A stretch of 60,928 nt of DNA. Source: Candidatus Margulisiibacteriota bacterium (GTDB taxonomy: Bacteria > Margulisbacteria > Termititenacia > CAZZFK01). The DNA is taken from NCBI GenBank assembly GCA_042562495.1, contig JBHPMC010000001.1, forward strand, positions 107,983-168,910, in the 5' to 3' direction. Shown here piece after piece: positions 18,770 to 28,716 of the stretch. The position numbers and the translations under genes were made by a program. The notes under the pieces were generated by a model that saw only the letters and a program-made list of their open reading frames with translations, was not told the origin of the DNA and made no database searches. The stretch's first letter is position 1. Each line of letters starts with the position of its first letter.

Positions 18770-20704
18770 ATGCTTGCCGACCTAAATCTTCCACAAGACC
18801 TGAAGAAACTTTCCTTAAAAGAGCTTAAGCAGATAGCAAAGGAAGTGCGCGAAGAGATCATAAGCAAGGTATCCCAAACGGGGGGCCATTTAGCACCCAG
18901 CCTGGGGGTAGTGGAGCTGACCATTGCTATGCACACCGCACTTAATTCGCCTCAAGATAAAATTATCTGGGATGTAGGGCACCAAGCTTATGCCCACAAA
19001 ATACTCACTGGTCGTTTGGGAAAATTCAATACGTTGCGCCAGAAAGATGGCTTATCAGGCTTTACTAAAAGAACAGAAAGTCCTCATGATATTTTTGGCG
19101 CAGGGCATGCCAGCACTTCACTGTCTGCTGCGCTGGGGATCGCCAAAGCCAGGGATCTGAAAAAAGAAGATTTTGCAGTATTTTCTGTGATAGGGGATGG
19201 ATCTTTATCGGGCGGCTTGGCTTTCGAAGCATTAAATAATGTGAAAGAAAAAGTAAATAAAAAATTCTGTGTAATTTTAAATGACAATGATATGTCGATC
19301 AATAAGCCTGTGGGGACGATCTCTAATATTATTACAGCATTGCGTGTAAATAAATTCTATGTTGGTTTGCGCCGCAAGATAGAAAGAGTGATCAGCCGGA
19401 TCCCTTCTATCGGCAAACCTTTGGCAGGCAGAGTTGATAGATTTGTAGAGAGGACACGCGAATTGCTTTTGCCTCAGCCTGAGGAAAAAGTTTCAGTATT
19501 ATTCGAAGAATTCGGTTTTCGTTATATTGGTCCTATAGATGGTTACAATATCCCCATGCTTATGGGAGCGATACGTTATGCAAAAAATGCCGATCAGCCG
19601 GTAATTATTCATGTGCTGACGAAAAAAGGGAAAGGTTATCAGCCGGCAGAAGCTGATCCGACCAGGTACCATGGGATTGCTGCAGTTGAAAATAAGAATG
19701 GGAGCAAGCTTCCGACATATACTCAGATATTTGGAGATGCCTTGGTCAAATTAGCAGAAAGAGATAGAAATATTGTTGCGATCACTGCCGCGATGGCGGA
19801 AGGTACCGGCTTGGCTAAGTTCGCCAAGAAATTTCCTAAGCGTTTTTGTGATGTGGGGATTGCCGAGGAACATGCTGTGATCGAAGCTGCCGGCATGGCT
19901 GCGGAAGGATTAAGACCGGTGGTCGCTATCTATTCAACATTTTTACAGAGAAGCTATGATCAGATCATTCATGATGTTTGTTTGCAGAATTTACCGGTGG
20001 TCTTTGCTATGGATAGAGGCGGGATCGTGGGCGAAGATGGCGCGACGCACGGAGGCGTTTTTGATTATTCTTTTATGAGGCACATCCCGAATTTAGTTGT
20101 TATGGCGCCCAAGGATGAGAATGAATTGCAGCACATGTTAGCTACGGCAGTAGAACATGCCGGCCCGATCTCTTTGCGCTATCCAAGAGGGGAATGCCAG
20201 GGAGTCCCGCTGGATCAAAAGCTTGAGCCGCTACAAGTGGGCCGGGGCGAGGTCGTTTATAGATCACCCTTTATCATGGGAGCTGAGGCAGCGAAACCAA
20301 AAAAGATCATTATTTGTGCTGCAGGGACATTAGTTAAAGATGCCATGGAGGCTGCCAAGCTTTTAGAAAAAGAACAGTATCAAATGGTCGTGATCAATGC
20401 GCGATTCATTAAGCCTTTAGATAAAGAGCTAATAATCAAAGAAAGTACAGCTGCAGAGCTGGTCGTGACCATTGAAGAAAATGTTATTGCCGGAGGTTTT
20501 GGCTCGGCAGTTGCTGAGCTGTTGCATGAAGAGAAGATCAAAACCCCGGTTCATTTTATTGGAATTCCGGATGAGTTTATAATCCAGGGCAAGATCGAAG
20601 AAGTTAAAGATCATTATGGCCTTACCAAAACGGGTATTTATAAGGGCCTATGTAATTATTTAGGGATAGAACAAAAAACTGCCACGAATATTAAAGCTGG
20701 ATGA
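18770..20704 (+). CDS. dxs: 1-deoxy-D-xylulose-5-phosphate synthase
   Basis: GGHLAPSLGVVELT, WDVGHQAY, GDGSLSGG, NDNDMSI, IAEEHAV, YSTFLQR. Confidence 0.97.
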   Translation: MLADLNLPQDLKKLSLKELKQIAKEVREEIISKVSQTGGHLAPSLGVVELTIAMHTALNSPQDKIIWDVGHQAYAHKILTGRLGKFNTLRQKDGLSGFTKRTESPHDIFGAGHASTSLSAALGIAKARDLKKEDFAVFSVIGDGSLSGGLAFEALNNVKEKVNKKFCVILNDNDMSINKPVGTISNIITALRVNKFYVGLRRKIERVISRIPSIGKPLAGRVDRFVERTRELLLPQPEEKVSVLFEEFGFRYIGPIDGYNIPMLMGAIRYAKNADQPVIIHVLTKKGKGYQPAEADPTRYHGIAAVENKNGSKLPTYTQIFGDALVKLAERDRNIVAITAAMAEGTGLAKFAKKFPKRFCDVGIAEEHAVIEAAGMAAEGLRPVVAIYSTFLQRSYDQIIHDVCLQNLPVVFAMDRGGIVGEDGATHGGVFDYSFMRHIPNLVVMAPKDENELQHMLATAVEHAGPISLRYPRGECQGVPLDQKLEPLQVGRGEVVYRSPFIMGAEAAKPKKIIICAAGTLVKDAMEAAKLLEKEQYQMVVINARFIKPLDKELIIKESTAAELVVTIEENVIAGGFGSAVAELLHEEKIKTPVHFIGIPDEFIIQGKIEEVKDHYGLTKTGIYKGLCNYLGIEQKTATNIKAG

Positions 20705-21044
20705 TCAATTCAAACAATAAAGCATCATCTTTTGGCCCGCTATAATATGCTTTTCTAGCGCCAGATCTACGGAAGCCACATTTATTATATAAGGCAATGG
20801 CGGGCTTATTGGAAGCTCTTACTTCTAGAAGAACTTTTTTTAATTGTCTTTTTTTAGCCTGGGCGAGCATTGCTTTGAGCAAATATTCTCCATGGCCTTT
20901 ACGACGATATCCTTCATGAATGCTAATATCAATAAGCTGAGTTTCCTCAGCAGCCTGATCCCAGTCCAAGGTCCCTATAACTTCGTTGCCTATTTGTAAA
21001 ATTAAATGGTGGTGAGGTCCAGTGGTCGTTTCTTTAATTTCCAT
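20691..21044 (-). CDS. rimI: ribosomal-protein-alanine N-acetyltransferase (GNAT)
   Basis: YRRKGHG, LEVRASN..AIALY...GF...RKAYY; follows tsaB. Confidence 0.85.
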   Translation of the reverse strand: MEIKETTTGPHHHLILQIGNEVIGTLDWDQAAEETQLIDISIHEGYRRKGHGEYLLKAMLAQAKKRQLKKVLLEVRASNKPAIALYNKCGFRRSGARKAYYSGPKDDALLFELIIQL

Positions 21045-21717
21045 TTTTGTTCAATAGTTTGCCGTGGATACGTGGGCTTAGTTTGATATTTGGGCCATGA
21101 GAGTAGATGGGGATCAATTTAAGCGGATCGGAGACTTCTCCTTTTTTGATCTTATCTCCTGCCAACTTCGCAATGCTCACTGCCGTGGGCTCTCCTGGTA
21201 ATTTTCTAGAGCTAAAGTCTTTGGGAATATCACCGGCTAAGGAGCTGTTTTCATTACGTATCCTTTCAAAAAGCATTTCTTGTTTTTCAGGGTGATCTTC
21301 CTCTAATTGTACAAGAGTTCCATTATTAATACTGAACAGAGCTGTGTTCAGCTCATCTCTACAGGCCTTCAAAATAATTCTGATCAATGGAGCAGTTTTG
21401 TTTTTTATAAATTGATATGCATAAGCTTCAATAGTAGAAATGCCGACCAAAGGGATACTTAACATTTGGGCTAAGGTTTTGGCTGTAGTTACTCCGATCC
21501 GCAATCCAGTAAAAGCCCCTGGTCCTTGAGCGATCCCTATCCCCTGAAGGCCCTTTAGGCTCAAATTAACTTGTGATAGGAGTTCTTCCAGCCACGGAAT
21601 GAGTTGTTCAGCTTTTGCCGTGGGCCCTTCAACAGTTTTTTCTAGCAATACTTTATGATCGTTCAGCAATGCTAAACTTAGGCAAGTTGTCGCTGTGTTG
21701 ATGCCGAGTATTATCAA
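21034..21717 (-). CDS. tsaB: tRNA threonylcarbamoyladenosine biosynthesis protein TsaB
   Basis: ILGINTAT, GPGAFTGLRIG. Confidence 0.93.
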   Translation of the reverse strand: MIILGINTATTCLSLALLNDHKVLLEKTVEGPTAKAEQLIPWLEELLSQVNLSLKGLQGIGIAQGPGAFTGLRIGVTTAKTLAQMLSIPLVGISTIEAYAYQFIKNKTAPLIRIILKACRDELNTALFSINNGTLVQLEEDHPEKQEMLFERIRNENSSLAGDIPKDFSSRKLPGEPTAVSIAKLAGDKIKKGEVSDPLKLIPIYSHGPNIKLSPRIHGKLLNKNGN

Positions 21718-22178
21718 GAACTAACTCCACTGAGCTTATTTTGCAGCTCTTTATTAGGATTATTAAGAGTAAAGCTTAACTCACGAGTGTCATTTCCTCT
21801 ATCCTTAAAGGTTATGAATAAGGTATCTTTAGGCAAAAGCTCTGGGGCATGGCTGGCCCACTCGATCAAAGTATAGCCGTTTTGTGGGGGCAAATATTCA
21901 TCAATGCCAAGCAGCTCGATCTCATCAATAGTATTTAAACGATAAAAATCAATATGTTGTATGGGAACAGCGCCTTGATAATTATTCACCAAAGTAAAGG
22001 TGGGGCTATTAACAGTATCTTTAACTTGGAATTGCCGACAAAATCCTTGAACAAAAGTAGTTTTTCCTGCACCCAAATCTCCGTTCAGGGCGATTACAAA
22101 AGGGGAAGGCAGAAGCTTTGCTATTTTTTCAGCAAGCATTTGAGTTTCTTGAGCGGAGCGGGTCCTTGAGGTAAACAT
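21714..22178 (-). CDS. tsaE: tRNA threonylcarbamoyladenosine ATPase TsaE; start revised to ATG 22178
   Basis: GDLGAGKTT, VNSPTFTL, HIDFYRL, IEW; ATG overlaps the folK stop. Confidence 0.93.
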   Translation of the reverse strand: MFTSRTRSAQETQMLAEKIAKLLPSPFVIALNGDLGAGKTTFVQGFCRQFQVKDTVNSPTFTLVNNYQGAVPIQHIDFYRLNTIDEIELLGIDEYLPPQNGYTLIEWASHAPELLPKDTLFITFKDRGNDTRELSFTLNNPNKELQNKLSGVSS

Positions 22179-22642
22179 CAATAATTCTCCAGTTCTTGAT
22201 TTAATTCTAGCATTGTTTTTTTTAGGACGGGATGTTGTCTGTTTGGGCAAAGCTCAACAAGGGAGCGTAAGATGAACTTCCTTTTAGCTAGAAATGGATG
22301 AGGGATGGTCAATTCCTGGGTAGAAATGATCTTATCGTCGAATAAGAGAATATCAAGATCTATGGTTCGGGGACCCCATTTTTCTTTTCGTACCCGGCCT
22401 AATTCTTGTTCGATTGCTAAAAGAGAACTTAGCAAGGCTTGAGGAGAATGCGAGGTCTTGATCTTGATGACCATGTTCAAAAAATCTGCTTGATCTGTTT
22501 TTCCTTCTGGCGTGGTTTCAAGTAGGCTGGATTTTTCTAAAAGCTGCAGATCAGGATCTTTTTCAAGCAAAGCAATTGCGGAAAGAAGATTATTTTTACG
22601 ATCCGTCATATTTGAACCAAGGCCAATATAAGCTTCAGGCAT
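22178..22642 (-). CDS. folK: 2-amino-4-hydroxy-6-hydroxymethyldihydropteridine pyrophosphokinase
   Basis: AYIGLGSN, FLN, WGPRTIDLDIL, IPHP. Confidence 0.96.
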   Translation of the reverse strand: MPEAYIGLGSNMTDRKNNLLSAIALLEKDPDLQLLEKSSLLETTPEGKTDQADFLNMVIKIKTSHSPQALLSSLLAIEQELGRVRKEKWGPRTIDLDILLFDDKIISTQELTIPHPFLAKRKFILRSLVELCPNRQHPVLKKTMLELNQELENY

Positions 22643-22644
22643 TA

Positions 22645-23856
22645 TTATGTCCGAGGAGTATTGAAAACAGCATTACAAAGCTTAAGCACTTGTCTATTCT
22701 CTTTAATATCATGTACACGCAGGATAGAAGCTCCCTGCCCAATGGCCAAGGCAGACAAGGCTAAAGTGCCTTCCAGCCTTTTATCAACAGGAGTATTGAG
22801 CACATTGCCGATAACAGATTTGCGAGAAGCCCCGATCAAAATAGGTAAGCCCAGGCTTTTAAATTCTTTTAAGCGTTTAAATATTTCCAGATTCTGTTCT
22901 GTGGTCTTGCCGAATCCTATTCCGGGATCGATTATTATTTTTTCTCGAGCAATACCGGCCTGCTCGGCCTTGACGATGCTTTCTTCTAAAGATAATAAGA
23001 TATCACTGACGAGGTCCTTATAGCCTGTCTTTTTCTGCATTACTTTAGAGCTCCCGCTGCGGTGCATAATGATCACCGGTACTTTATATTTGGCGATCAC
23101 TTTGGCCATTTGGGGATCTTTTTTCAGGCCAGAAATATCATTGATCATATGTGCGCCAAGCTCCAAGCATTTTTTTGCTACGGAGGCCTTTGTTGTATCT
23201 ATGGAAATAAGTGCTTTTTTGTTCTTAAGCAGAGCTCTAATTACAGGCAGGAGCCTTTTTAATTCTTCTGAAGCAGAGATCGCTTTTGCTCCGGGGCGGG
23301 AAGATTCAGCCCCAATATCAATGATATCGGCCCCGGCTCTCAGTAATTTATTAGCTTGCGCGATCGCCTGTTGAGGAGATAGGAATTTGCCTCCATCAGA
23401 AAAAGAATCGGGAGTGATATTAAGGATACCCATTAAAATGGTCTTTTTTGCCAGGTTAAAGCTTTTTTTACCGATGATTAGCTTTGCTACAGGTTTTTCT
23501 ATTCTGAGCAATAGATCTTCGATTTGCCGGGCTACCTGATCTAGCTGGAAAGGCTGGATCTTTAATTTTTTTATAAGTTTTTTATATTGCAACTTAGTTC
23601 CGAATAAAAGCAGAGCGGTCCTTTTTATTTTTTGATTTAGAGCGGCCCAGGGCAGGGCTGCTTCTCCTCCGCGGGAAAGAAGCTCTTGCTTGATAATAGT
23701 TGCTGCTGGGGAAGAGAGTTCCTTGATCTTGAGTATGTAATGCAGCCCTTTTGGCTGCATAAGTTGGATACCCTTGGGATCTACGCCCAGCTTTTTCATT
23801 TCTTTTACTAGCTCGCCAGTTTGTTTGAAGTCGAGGACTTGAACACTAGTTTTCAT
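22645..23856 (-). CDS. folP: dihydropteroate synthase with N-terminal extension
   Basis: MGILNITPDSFSDGG, DIGAESSRPG, DPGIGFGK, SRKS, RVHD. Confidence 0.96.
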   Translation of the reverse strand: MKTSVQVLDFKQTGELVKEMKKLGVDPKGIQLMQPKGLHYILKIKELSSPAATIIKQELLSRGGEAALPWAALNQKIKRTALLLFGTKLQYKKLIKKLKIQPFQLDQVARQIEDLLLRIEKPVAKLIIGKKSFNLAKKTILMGILNITPDSFSDGGKFLSPQQAIAQANKLLRAGADIIDIGAESSRPGAKAISASEELKRLLPVIRALLKNKKALISIDTTKASVAKKCLELGAHMINDISGLKKDPQMAKVIAKYKVPVIIMHRSGSSKVMQKKTGYKDLVSDILLSLEESIVKAEQAGIAREKIIIDPGIGFGKTTEQNLEIFKRLKEFKSLGLPILIGASRKSVIGNVLNTPVDKRLEGTLALSALAIGQGASILRVHDIKENRQVLKLCNAVFNTPRT

Positions 23857-23863
23857 AACGGGG

Positions 23864-23872
23864 ATTATAGCA
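23864..23872 (-). promoter_or_regulatory. extended -10 (TGcTATAAT), leaderless-type, for the folP operon
   Basis: TGCTATAAT 7 nt upstream of the folP ATG; no SD. Confidence 0.6.
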
Positions 23873-23907
23873 AAATATTATGTAACTGTTCTGTGTAGCC
23901 GGGATAT

Positions 23908-24642
23908 TCAGCGAATGAAGCCAAAGTGTGTTAAAGGCCAGATCAATAATTGTGCTTTACCTACTATATTTGCTTTTGGTACAAATCCCCAAACCCTACT
24001 ATCTGAACTATTGCCACGATTGTCGCCCATCATAAAATAATGATCTTCGGGGACTTGGATCGGCCCGAAATTTGCTTGATCAGCATAAAAGGTATGTGTT
24101 TCTTCGATCTTCTTGCCATTGATATAAAGAATACCCTGTCGGAGCTGCAATATATCTCCAGGCAAGCCGATCACTCTTTTAATGTAATCGCTGCCAGCTT
24201 TTGCGGGATTAAAAAAGCGGGTAGTTGTGATCTGCCCGGTTCGAGGATCTTTATATATCTGGATATGATTTACTTGTGAGCTTAAGGGAGCCTTGAATAC
24301 GACCACTTCCATTCTCTGTGGCATGCGTTTAAATGGGATAATGTATTTTCTTTGACAAAGCCCAGAAGTACTTTTATAAAATGGATTGGGAAAGATAAAA
24401 AGTATTTTTTTCTTAAAGACAGATTCCTGGAGGGGATTAGGCAAGCCGTAGATCATTTTATTAACGATCAAGCGATCTCTTATCTTAAGTGTGGGGATCA
24501 TTGATCCGGAAGGAATATAAAAGACCGAAAAGAAAAAGGCCCTAATAAATAAGGCCAAAAGTACAGCAACGACTATCGTCTCTATAGTCTCCGCTAAAGG
24601 TCCTTTTTTATGTTTGACCGGAATAGGCTCCCCTGTTTTCAT
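23908..24642 (-). CDS. lepB: signal peptidase I
   Basis: IPSGSMIPTL, YIKRVIGLPGD, MGDNRGNSSDSRVWG. Confidence 0.96.
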   Translation of the reverse strand: MKTGEPIPVKHKKGPLAETIETIVVAVLLALFIRAFFFSVFYIPSGSMIPTLKIRDRLIVNKMIYGLPNPLQESVFKKKILFIFPNPFYKSTSGLCQRKYIIPFKRMPQRMEVVVFKAPLSSQVNHIQIYKDPRTGQITTTRFFNPAKAGSDYIKRVIGLPGDILQLRQGILYINGKKIEETHTFYADQANFGPIQVPEDHYFMMGDNRGNSSDSRVWGFVPKANIVGKAQLLIWPLTHFGFIR

Positions 24643-24648
24643 GAAAAC

Positions 24649-25179
24649 TTATTTTTTAGGAGCTGCTTTATCAGGAGCTTTTACGGCAGCTTTTCTAGGG
24701 GCAGGTTTTTTTTCTTTATTATGCATACGTTCTTCGTGGCGCTTTTCCTTAGCTTCTTTTTCAGCCTTTTCTTGTTCCTGGATCTTTTGTTTGACCTCTT
24801 CTTGTGAGGCCAAGATGGTTTCGGCAACAATGGCTTCTTCCTTAATGCGCAGAGCTTTGCTGCCAACACGATCTCTGAGGTAATAAAGCTTGGCCCGACG
24901 TACCCTTCCGCTTTGGAGGACTTCTACACCAGCGATGCGCGGAGAATTGCGCAAGAACTTCTTTTCTACACCATGATTACCAACGACTTTGCGAACAGTA
25001 AAAGTCTCATTAATGCCGCCCTGATCCATGGCAATGACCGTGCCCTCAAAGACCTGGATACGTTCTTTATTCCCTTCTACGATCTTTACGTGTACCTTTA
25101 CGGCATCACCGATCTTAAAAGGAGCTAAAGTCTCTTTCAGCTGCTTTTTTTCGATATTACTGATAATAGAATTTTTCAT
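24649..25179 (-). CDS. rplS: 50S ribosomal protein L19 with C-terminal extension
   Basis: FKIGDAVKVH, ERIQVFEG, GRVRRAKLYYLR. Confidence 0.97.
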   Translation of the reverse strand: MKNSIISNIEKKQLKETLAPFKIGDAVKVHVKIVEGNKERIQVFEGTVIAMDQGGINETFTVRKVVGNHGVEKKFLRNSPRIAGVEVLQSGRVRRAKLYYLRDRVGSKALRIKEEAIVAETILASQEEVKQKIQEQEKAEKEAKEKRHEERMHNKEKKPAPRKAAVKAPDKAAPKK

Positions 25180-25215
25180 ATACCAATCCTTATTTTATTT
25201 TGCCAAGAGCTTGTG

Positions 25216-25244
25216 AGTTTAATATAAAATAAAATAATCGTCAA
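25216..25244 (-). promoter_or_regulatory. sigma70 promoter of rplS
   Basis: TTGACG-17nt-TAAACT on the minus strand. Confidence 0.6.
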
Positions 25245-25280
25245 CCCGAGATAAGAGGGGGAGCAAGAGCTAGATCCTTC

Positions 25281-25949
25281 TTATTTTATTAGGTCAGGGC
25301 GCCTTTTTTTTGTTCTTTTCAGGGCCTGAGCCTTCTGCCATTTATCGATTTCTGCATGGTTGCCTGATAAAAGTACTTCTGGCACTTTCCAGCCTCGGTA
25401 TTCAGCCGGCCTGGTATATACAGGGAAATCTAACAAGCCGTTGTAAAACGAATCTGTTTCAACAGAATCTTTTTCCTTAACAACGCCCGGCAGCTGACGC
25501 ACAATTGTGTCGACCATGATCATGGCCGGGAGCTCTCCTCCGGTCAAGACATAATCTCCAATGGATATTTCATCCGTTACTAAATGCTCGCGGATCCGCT
25601 CGTCAAAGCCTTCATAATGTCCGCACAAAAAGATAAGCTGTTCAGCCTTAGATAGATCCTTGGCAATTTTATGTGTAAACGGCTGGCCTTGAGGGCAGGT
25701 CAAGATAACTCTCGCTTTACCTTTATTTATCTTTTCAACAGCTTTAAAAACAGGCTCTGGTTTGATGACCATGCCACTGCTGCCGCCAAAAGGTTTATCA
25801 TCAGCCTGTTTGTGTTTATTCTCGGTATAGTCACGGAGCTGGTGTAAGTTTATTTTTACGACCTCTTTTTCTTGAGCTTTTTTCAGCAAGCTCTCAGCAA
25901 AAGGGCCCTGGAACATTTCCGGGAAGAGGGTGATTATATCGATCAGCAT
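25281..25949 (-). CDS. trmD: tRNA (guanine37-N1)-methyltransferase
   Basis: [36 protein letters not shown]. Confidence 0.97.
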   Translation of the reverse strand: MLIDIITLFPEMFQGPFAESLLKKAQEKEVVKINLHQLRDYTENKHKQADDKPFGGSSGMVIKPEPVFKAVEKINKGKARVILTCPQGQPFTHKIAKDLSKAEQLIFLCGHYEGFDERIREHLVTDEISIGDYVLTGGELPAMIMVDTIVRQLPGVVKEKDSVETDSFYNGLLDFPVYTRPAEYRGWKVPEVLLSGNHAEIDKWQKAQALKRTKKRRPDLIK

Positions 25950-26458
25950 TATTCTAGGACGTGTAGAGCAGCTTCCGTTAATAATATTTTCTTTTTCTTA
26001 GTATCTACTTTTTTTATGAATTCTGCAGCAGCCGGCACCATTTTTTCATAAGAACTATCGGAATCAACTACATAGACTGGATGACCGGCAGAAGGCAAGA
26101 TATCTACTACTTTGCCGTAGAGCTCATTGCGGTGGTTATACAGAGAGCAGCCGATGATCTCTTCCCAGTAATAATGCCCTTTGCAGATGCGGGGGGCCTT
26201 TTTGCTTTCGATATACAGTGCCTCCCCTTTAAATTTGATCACATCATCAACCTTATCGTGACACTTGAATTTCAATAGCCAGAACTTTTTATGAGGGCGT
26301 ACTTTTTCAACTTCTAAGATCAAGAATTGCCCCAGATGCTTAATATAGACTTTTTTAAGCTGTTTGTATTTAAACTTTGGATAATTAGGGACAAGCCGAA
26401 CTTCTCCCTTGAGATTATGAGTATTGACTATAATCCCTAGGGAAAAATATGGCTGCAT
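25949..26458 (-). CDS. rimM: 16S rRNA processing protein RimM
   Basis: [21 protein letters not shown]; position between ylqD and trmD. Confidence 0.9.
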   Translation of the reverse strand: MQPYFSLGIIVNTHNLKGEVRLVPNYPKFKYKQLKKVYIKHLGQFLILEVEKVRPHKKFWLLKFKCHDKVDDVIKFKGEALYIESKKAPRICKGHYYWEEIIGCSLYNHRNELYGKVVDILPSAGHPVYVVDSDSSYEKMVPAAAEFIKKVDTKKKKILLTEAALHVLE

Positions 26459-26464
26459 CTTGAA

Positions 26465-26887
26465 TTATTCGTTGCCGCGAATTTCTTGAACGATACCGTC
26501 TTTGATGACTATTTCTAGGGCCCCTAGCTTTTTATAGAGGTTGTCGCCCTTATCAATTTCAACAGTACCATCTACTGTACCTTGGATGAATTCGCTTTTT
26601 AAAGGAAGCAATTGAGCATCCTTGATCTTCTTTTCCAGATCACCTTTAGCTAATTTTTCTTGTTGTCTATCTAAATTGATCTGCTGGGAGATAGCGGCGA
26701 CCTGTTTTTTGGTCTTTTCTCCTTGCTTTTTAAGGGTAGTAATGAGCTTTTTGCCCTGATCTTCCATTTGGCCGAGCTGGCCATCAAGATTTTTTACAGC
26801 CCTTTCAAGCTCAGATACAAGGTATTTCTTGAATTCCTCCGTAACGATAACTTTAATGGTAGCGGTTCTTTTTAGTTTTATTCCCAT
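26465..26887 (-). CDS. ylqD: YlqD family protein
   Basis: LKRTATIKVIVTE, coiled coil, QGTVDG.VEI..GD, EIVIKDGIVQEIR; canonical position. Confidence 0.85.
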   Translation of the reverse strand: MGIKLKRTATIKVIVTEEFKKYLVSELERAVKNLDGQLGQMEDQGKKLITTLKKQGEKTKKQVAAISQQINLDRQQEKLAKGDLEKKIKDAQLLPLKSEFIQGTVDGTVEIDKGDNLYKKLGALEIVIKDGIVQEIRGNE

Positions 26888-26949
26888 TGTGATCTCCTTT
26901 CCCCCTTAGAAGAGAGTATAAAATAACTTAATTATGGAAAATTATAAGA

Positions 26950-27183
26950 CTATTTACTCATTATTTCAACGGTTACTTTTTTGCCTTGCTTTGCAGCAGC
27001 AGCCTTAACAACCGTTCTAATAGCGTTAGCAATGCGGCCTTCTTTACCAATAACTTTGCCGATATCATCTTGGGCGACACTGATCTCCAGAATAATAATG
27101 CTTTCACCTTGGGTTTCGCTGATCTTGACTTCTTCTGGCGTATCTACAAGCTCTTTAACTATATATTCTACTAAATTTTTCAT
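26950..27183 (-). CDS. khpA: KH-domain RNA-binding protein KhpA (YlqC)
   Basis: DIGKVIGKEGRIANAIRTVV. Confidence 0.94.
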   Translation of the reverse strand: MKNLVEYIVKELVDTPEEVKISETQGESIIILEISVAQDDIGKVIGKEGRIANAIRTVVKAAAAKQGKKVTVEIMSK

Positions 27184-27204
27184 GCCATACCTGCTTTCTA
27201 TGGA

Positions 27205-27450
27205 CTACTTTTCAGTTATAGATTTTAGAAGCCTTTTTACAGTATCTGTGGGCACAGCGCCTTTTTTTAGCCATGCTTCAGCTTTTTCCATGTCAATATC
27301 TAAGACCTTAGGATTAGCTTTTGGATTATATACTCCGAGCGTATCGATGGCTGAACCAGTTGCTACGGCCCAACGTTCATCGGCGACGACTATTCTATAA
27401 AACGGCTTGTGTTTGGTTCCCATTCTTTTTAGTTTTAGCTTAACAGCCAC
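27205..27450 (-). CDS. rpsP: 30S ribosomal protein S16
   Basis: VKLKLKRMG...[27 protein letters not shown]; GTG start with GGAGGTG RBS. Confidence 0.96.
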   Translation of the reverse strand: MAVKLKLKRMGTKHKPFYRIVVADERWAVATGSAIDTLGVYNPKANPKVLDIDMEKAEAWLKKGAVPTDTVKRLLKSITEK

Positions 27451-27490
27451 TCAGTCACCTCCTAATAACTTATACTACACAAGGGCGCTG

Positions 27491-27520
27491 ATTATAGCAC
27501 AATGATTATTTTTTAAGCAA
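27491..27520 (-). promoter_or_regulatory. sigma70 promoter of the rpsP operon
   Basis: TTGCTT-18nt-TATAAT with TGn. Confidence 0.55.
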
Positions 27521-27546
27521 TGATAAAGGATTTTTTACTTTAGAAG

Positions 27547-28620
27547 CTACTGGGTTGCCTCAAAATGGGCTAAAGTTTCTTCTATGCTATCCCCGCCGAA
27601 TTTGATCAACAGTTCTTTGGCCAGCTCAAAGGCCAAGGCAGCTTCTCCGATCACAGCAGCAGCTTCAATAGCACAAACATCCCGGCGCTCAACATGAGCC
27701 AGAGCAGCTTTTTTTGATCTCAGATCTACTGTTTTTAGCGGTTTGCCTAAAGTAGAGATGGGCTTTAAAGCTGCGCGGGCTACGATCGGCTCTCCGTTGC
27801 TGATACCGCCTTCGATACCTCCGGCATTGTTCGAGCCTCTTAAGTACTTGCCCTTTTTATAGAAGATCTCATCATGTAGCTCCGAGCCTTTGCGGCGAGA
27901 GCTCTTTACCCCGGCTCCGATCTCAACGGCTTTTATAGCCTGGATGCTCATTAAGGATAGGGCTATATTGGCATCCAGTTTCCTGTCGTATTGGACATGG
28001 CTGCCCAGGCCAACCGGCACATTTTTTGCACTTACTTCAAAGATCCCTCCCAGCGAATCTCCGGTCTTGCGAACTTCATCAATAGCAGCTTTAGCCTCTT
28101 TAGTAAGATCTTTACTATAGACATTTACTTCACCTACGGAGATTATTTTGTTATCGGTCTTTATCTTGAACATTGCGAGCATTTTTTTGGCAATAGCACC
28201 AATAGCAACTCTTGTAGCTGTTTCTCTTGCTGAAGCACGCTCCAAAATATTTCGCAGATCAGCCTGGTCATATTTTATAGTGCCGGCCAGATCAGCATGC
28301 CCGGGCCTTAATTTAGTGACAGCAGGACCGCCCTTATCTTCAGCAAAAGGGGACATTAGCTTTGCCCAATTCTTGAAGTCTTTGTTCTCGATAAATATAG
28401 TTATAGGAGAGCCAATGGTCTTGCCATGGCGTATGCCGGAGAGGAATTTTACAGTGTCTTTTTCGATCTTTTGTCTATTGCCGCGGCCATAGCCTTGCTG
28501 GCGAAGCCTTAGATCTGCATTAATCTCATCTGCGGATATTTTTAAATTAGCAGGGATACCTTCTAAGATAACCGTTAATCCCGGACCGTGCGATTCTCCT
28601 GCGTCAAGAAAGCGTAACAT
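27547..28620 (-). CDS. aroC: chorismate synthase
   Basis: AGESHG, RPGHAD, ERASARET, NNAGGIEGGISNG, KPIST. Confidence 0.97.
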   Translation of the reverse strand: MLRFLDAGESHGPGLTVILEGIPANLKISADEINADLRLRQQGYGRGNRQKIEKDTVKFLSGIRHGKTIGSPITIFIENKDFKNWAKLMSPFAEDKGGPAVTKLRPGHADLAGTIKYDQADLRNILERASARETATRVAIGAIAKKMLAMFKIKTDNKIISVGEVNVYSKDLTKEAKAAIDEVRKTGDSLGGIFEVSAKNVPVGLGSHVQYDRKLDANIALSLMSIQAIKAVEIGAGVKSSRRKGSELHDEIFYKKGKYLRGSNNAGGIEGGISNGEPIVARAALKPISTLGKPLKTVDLRSKKAALAHVERRDVCAIEAAAVIGEAALAFELAKELLIKFGGDSIEETLAHFEATQ

Positions 28621-28666
28621 ATCAAACCCCCTTAATTGTTCTAAGAATTATATCAGAAAAAAATAA

Positions 28667-28694
28667 AAAAGGCGGAGAAATTTCTCCGCCTTTT
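28667..28694 (-). terminator. intrinsic terminator (perfect 28-bp palindrome) after the 399-aa barrel gene
   Basis: AAAAGGCGGAGAAATTTCTCCGCCTTTT with a U-tract on the minus strand. Confidence 0.85.
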
Positions 28695-28716
28695 ATTCAG
28701 ACTTATCGATAGAGGT

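Noticed and set aside
23862-23890. TTATGTAACT resembling a XerD arm
   Set aside because: No properly spaced XerC arm; it overlaps the folP promoter.
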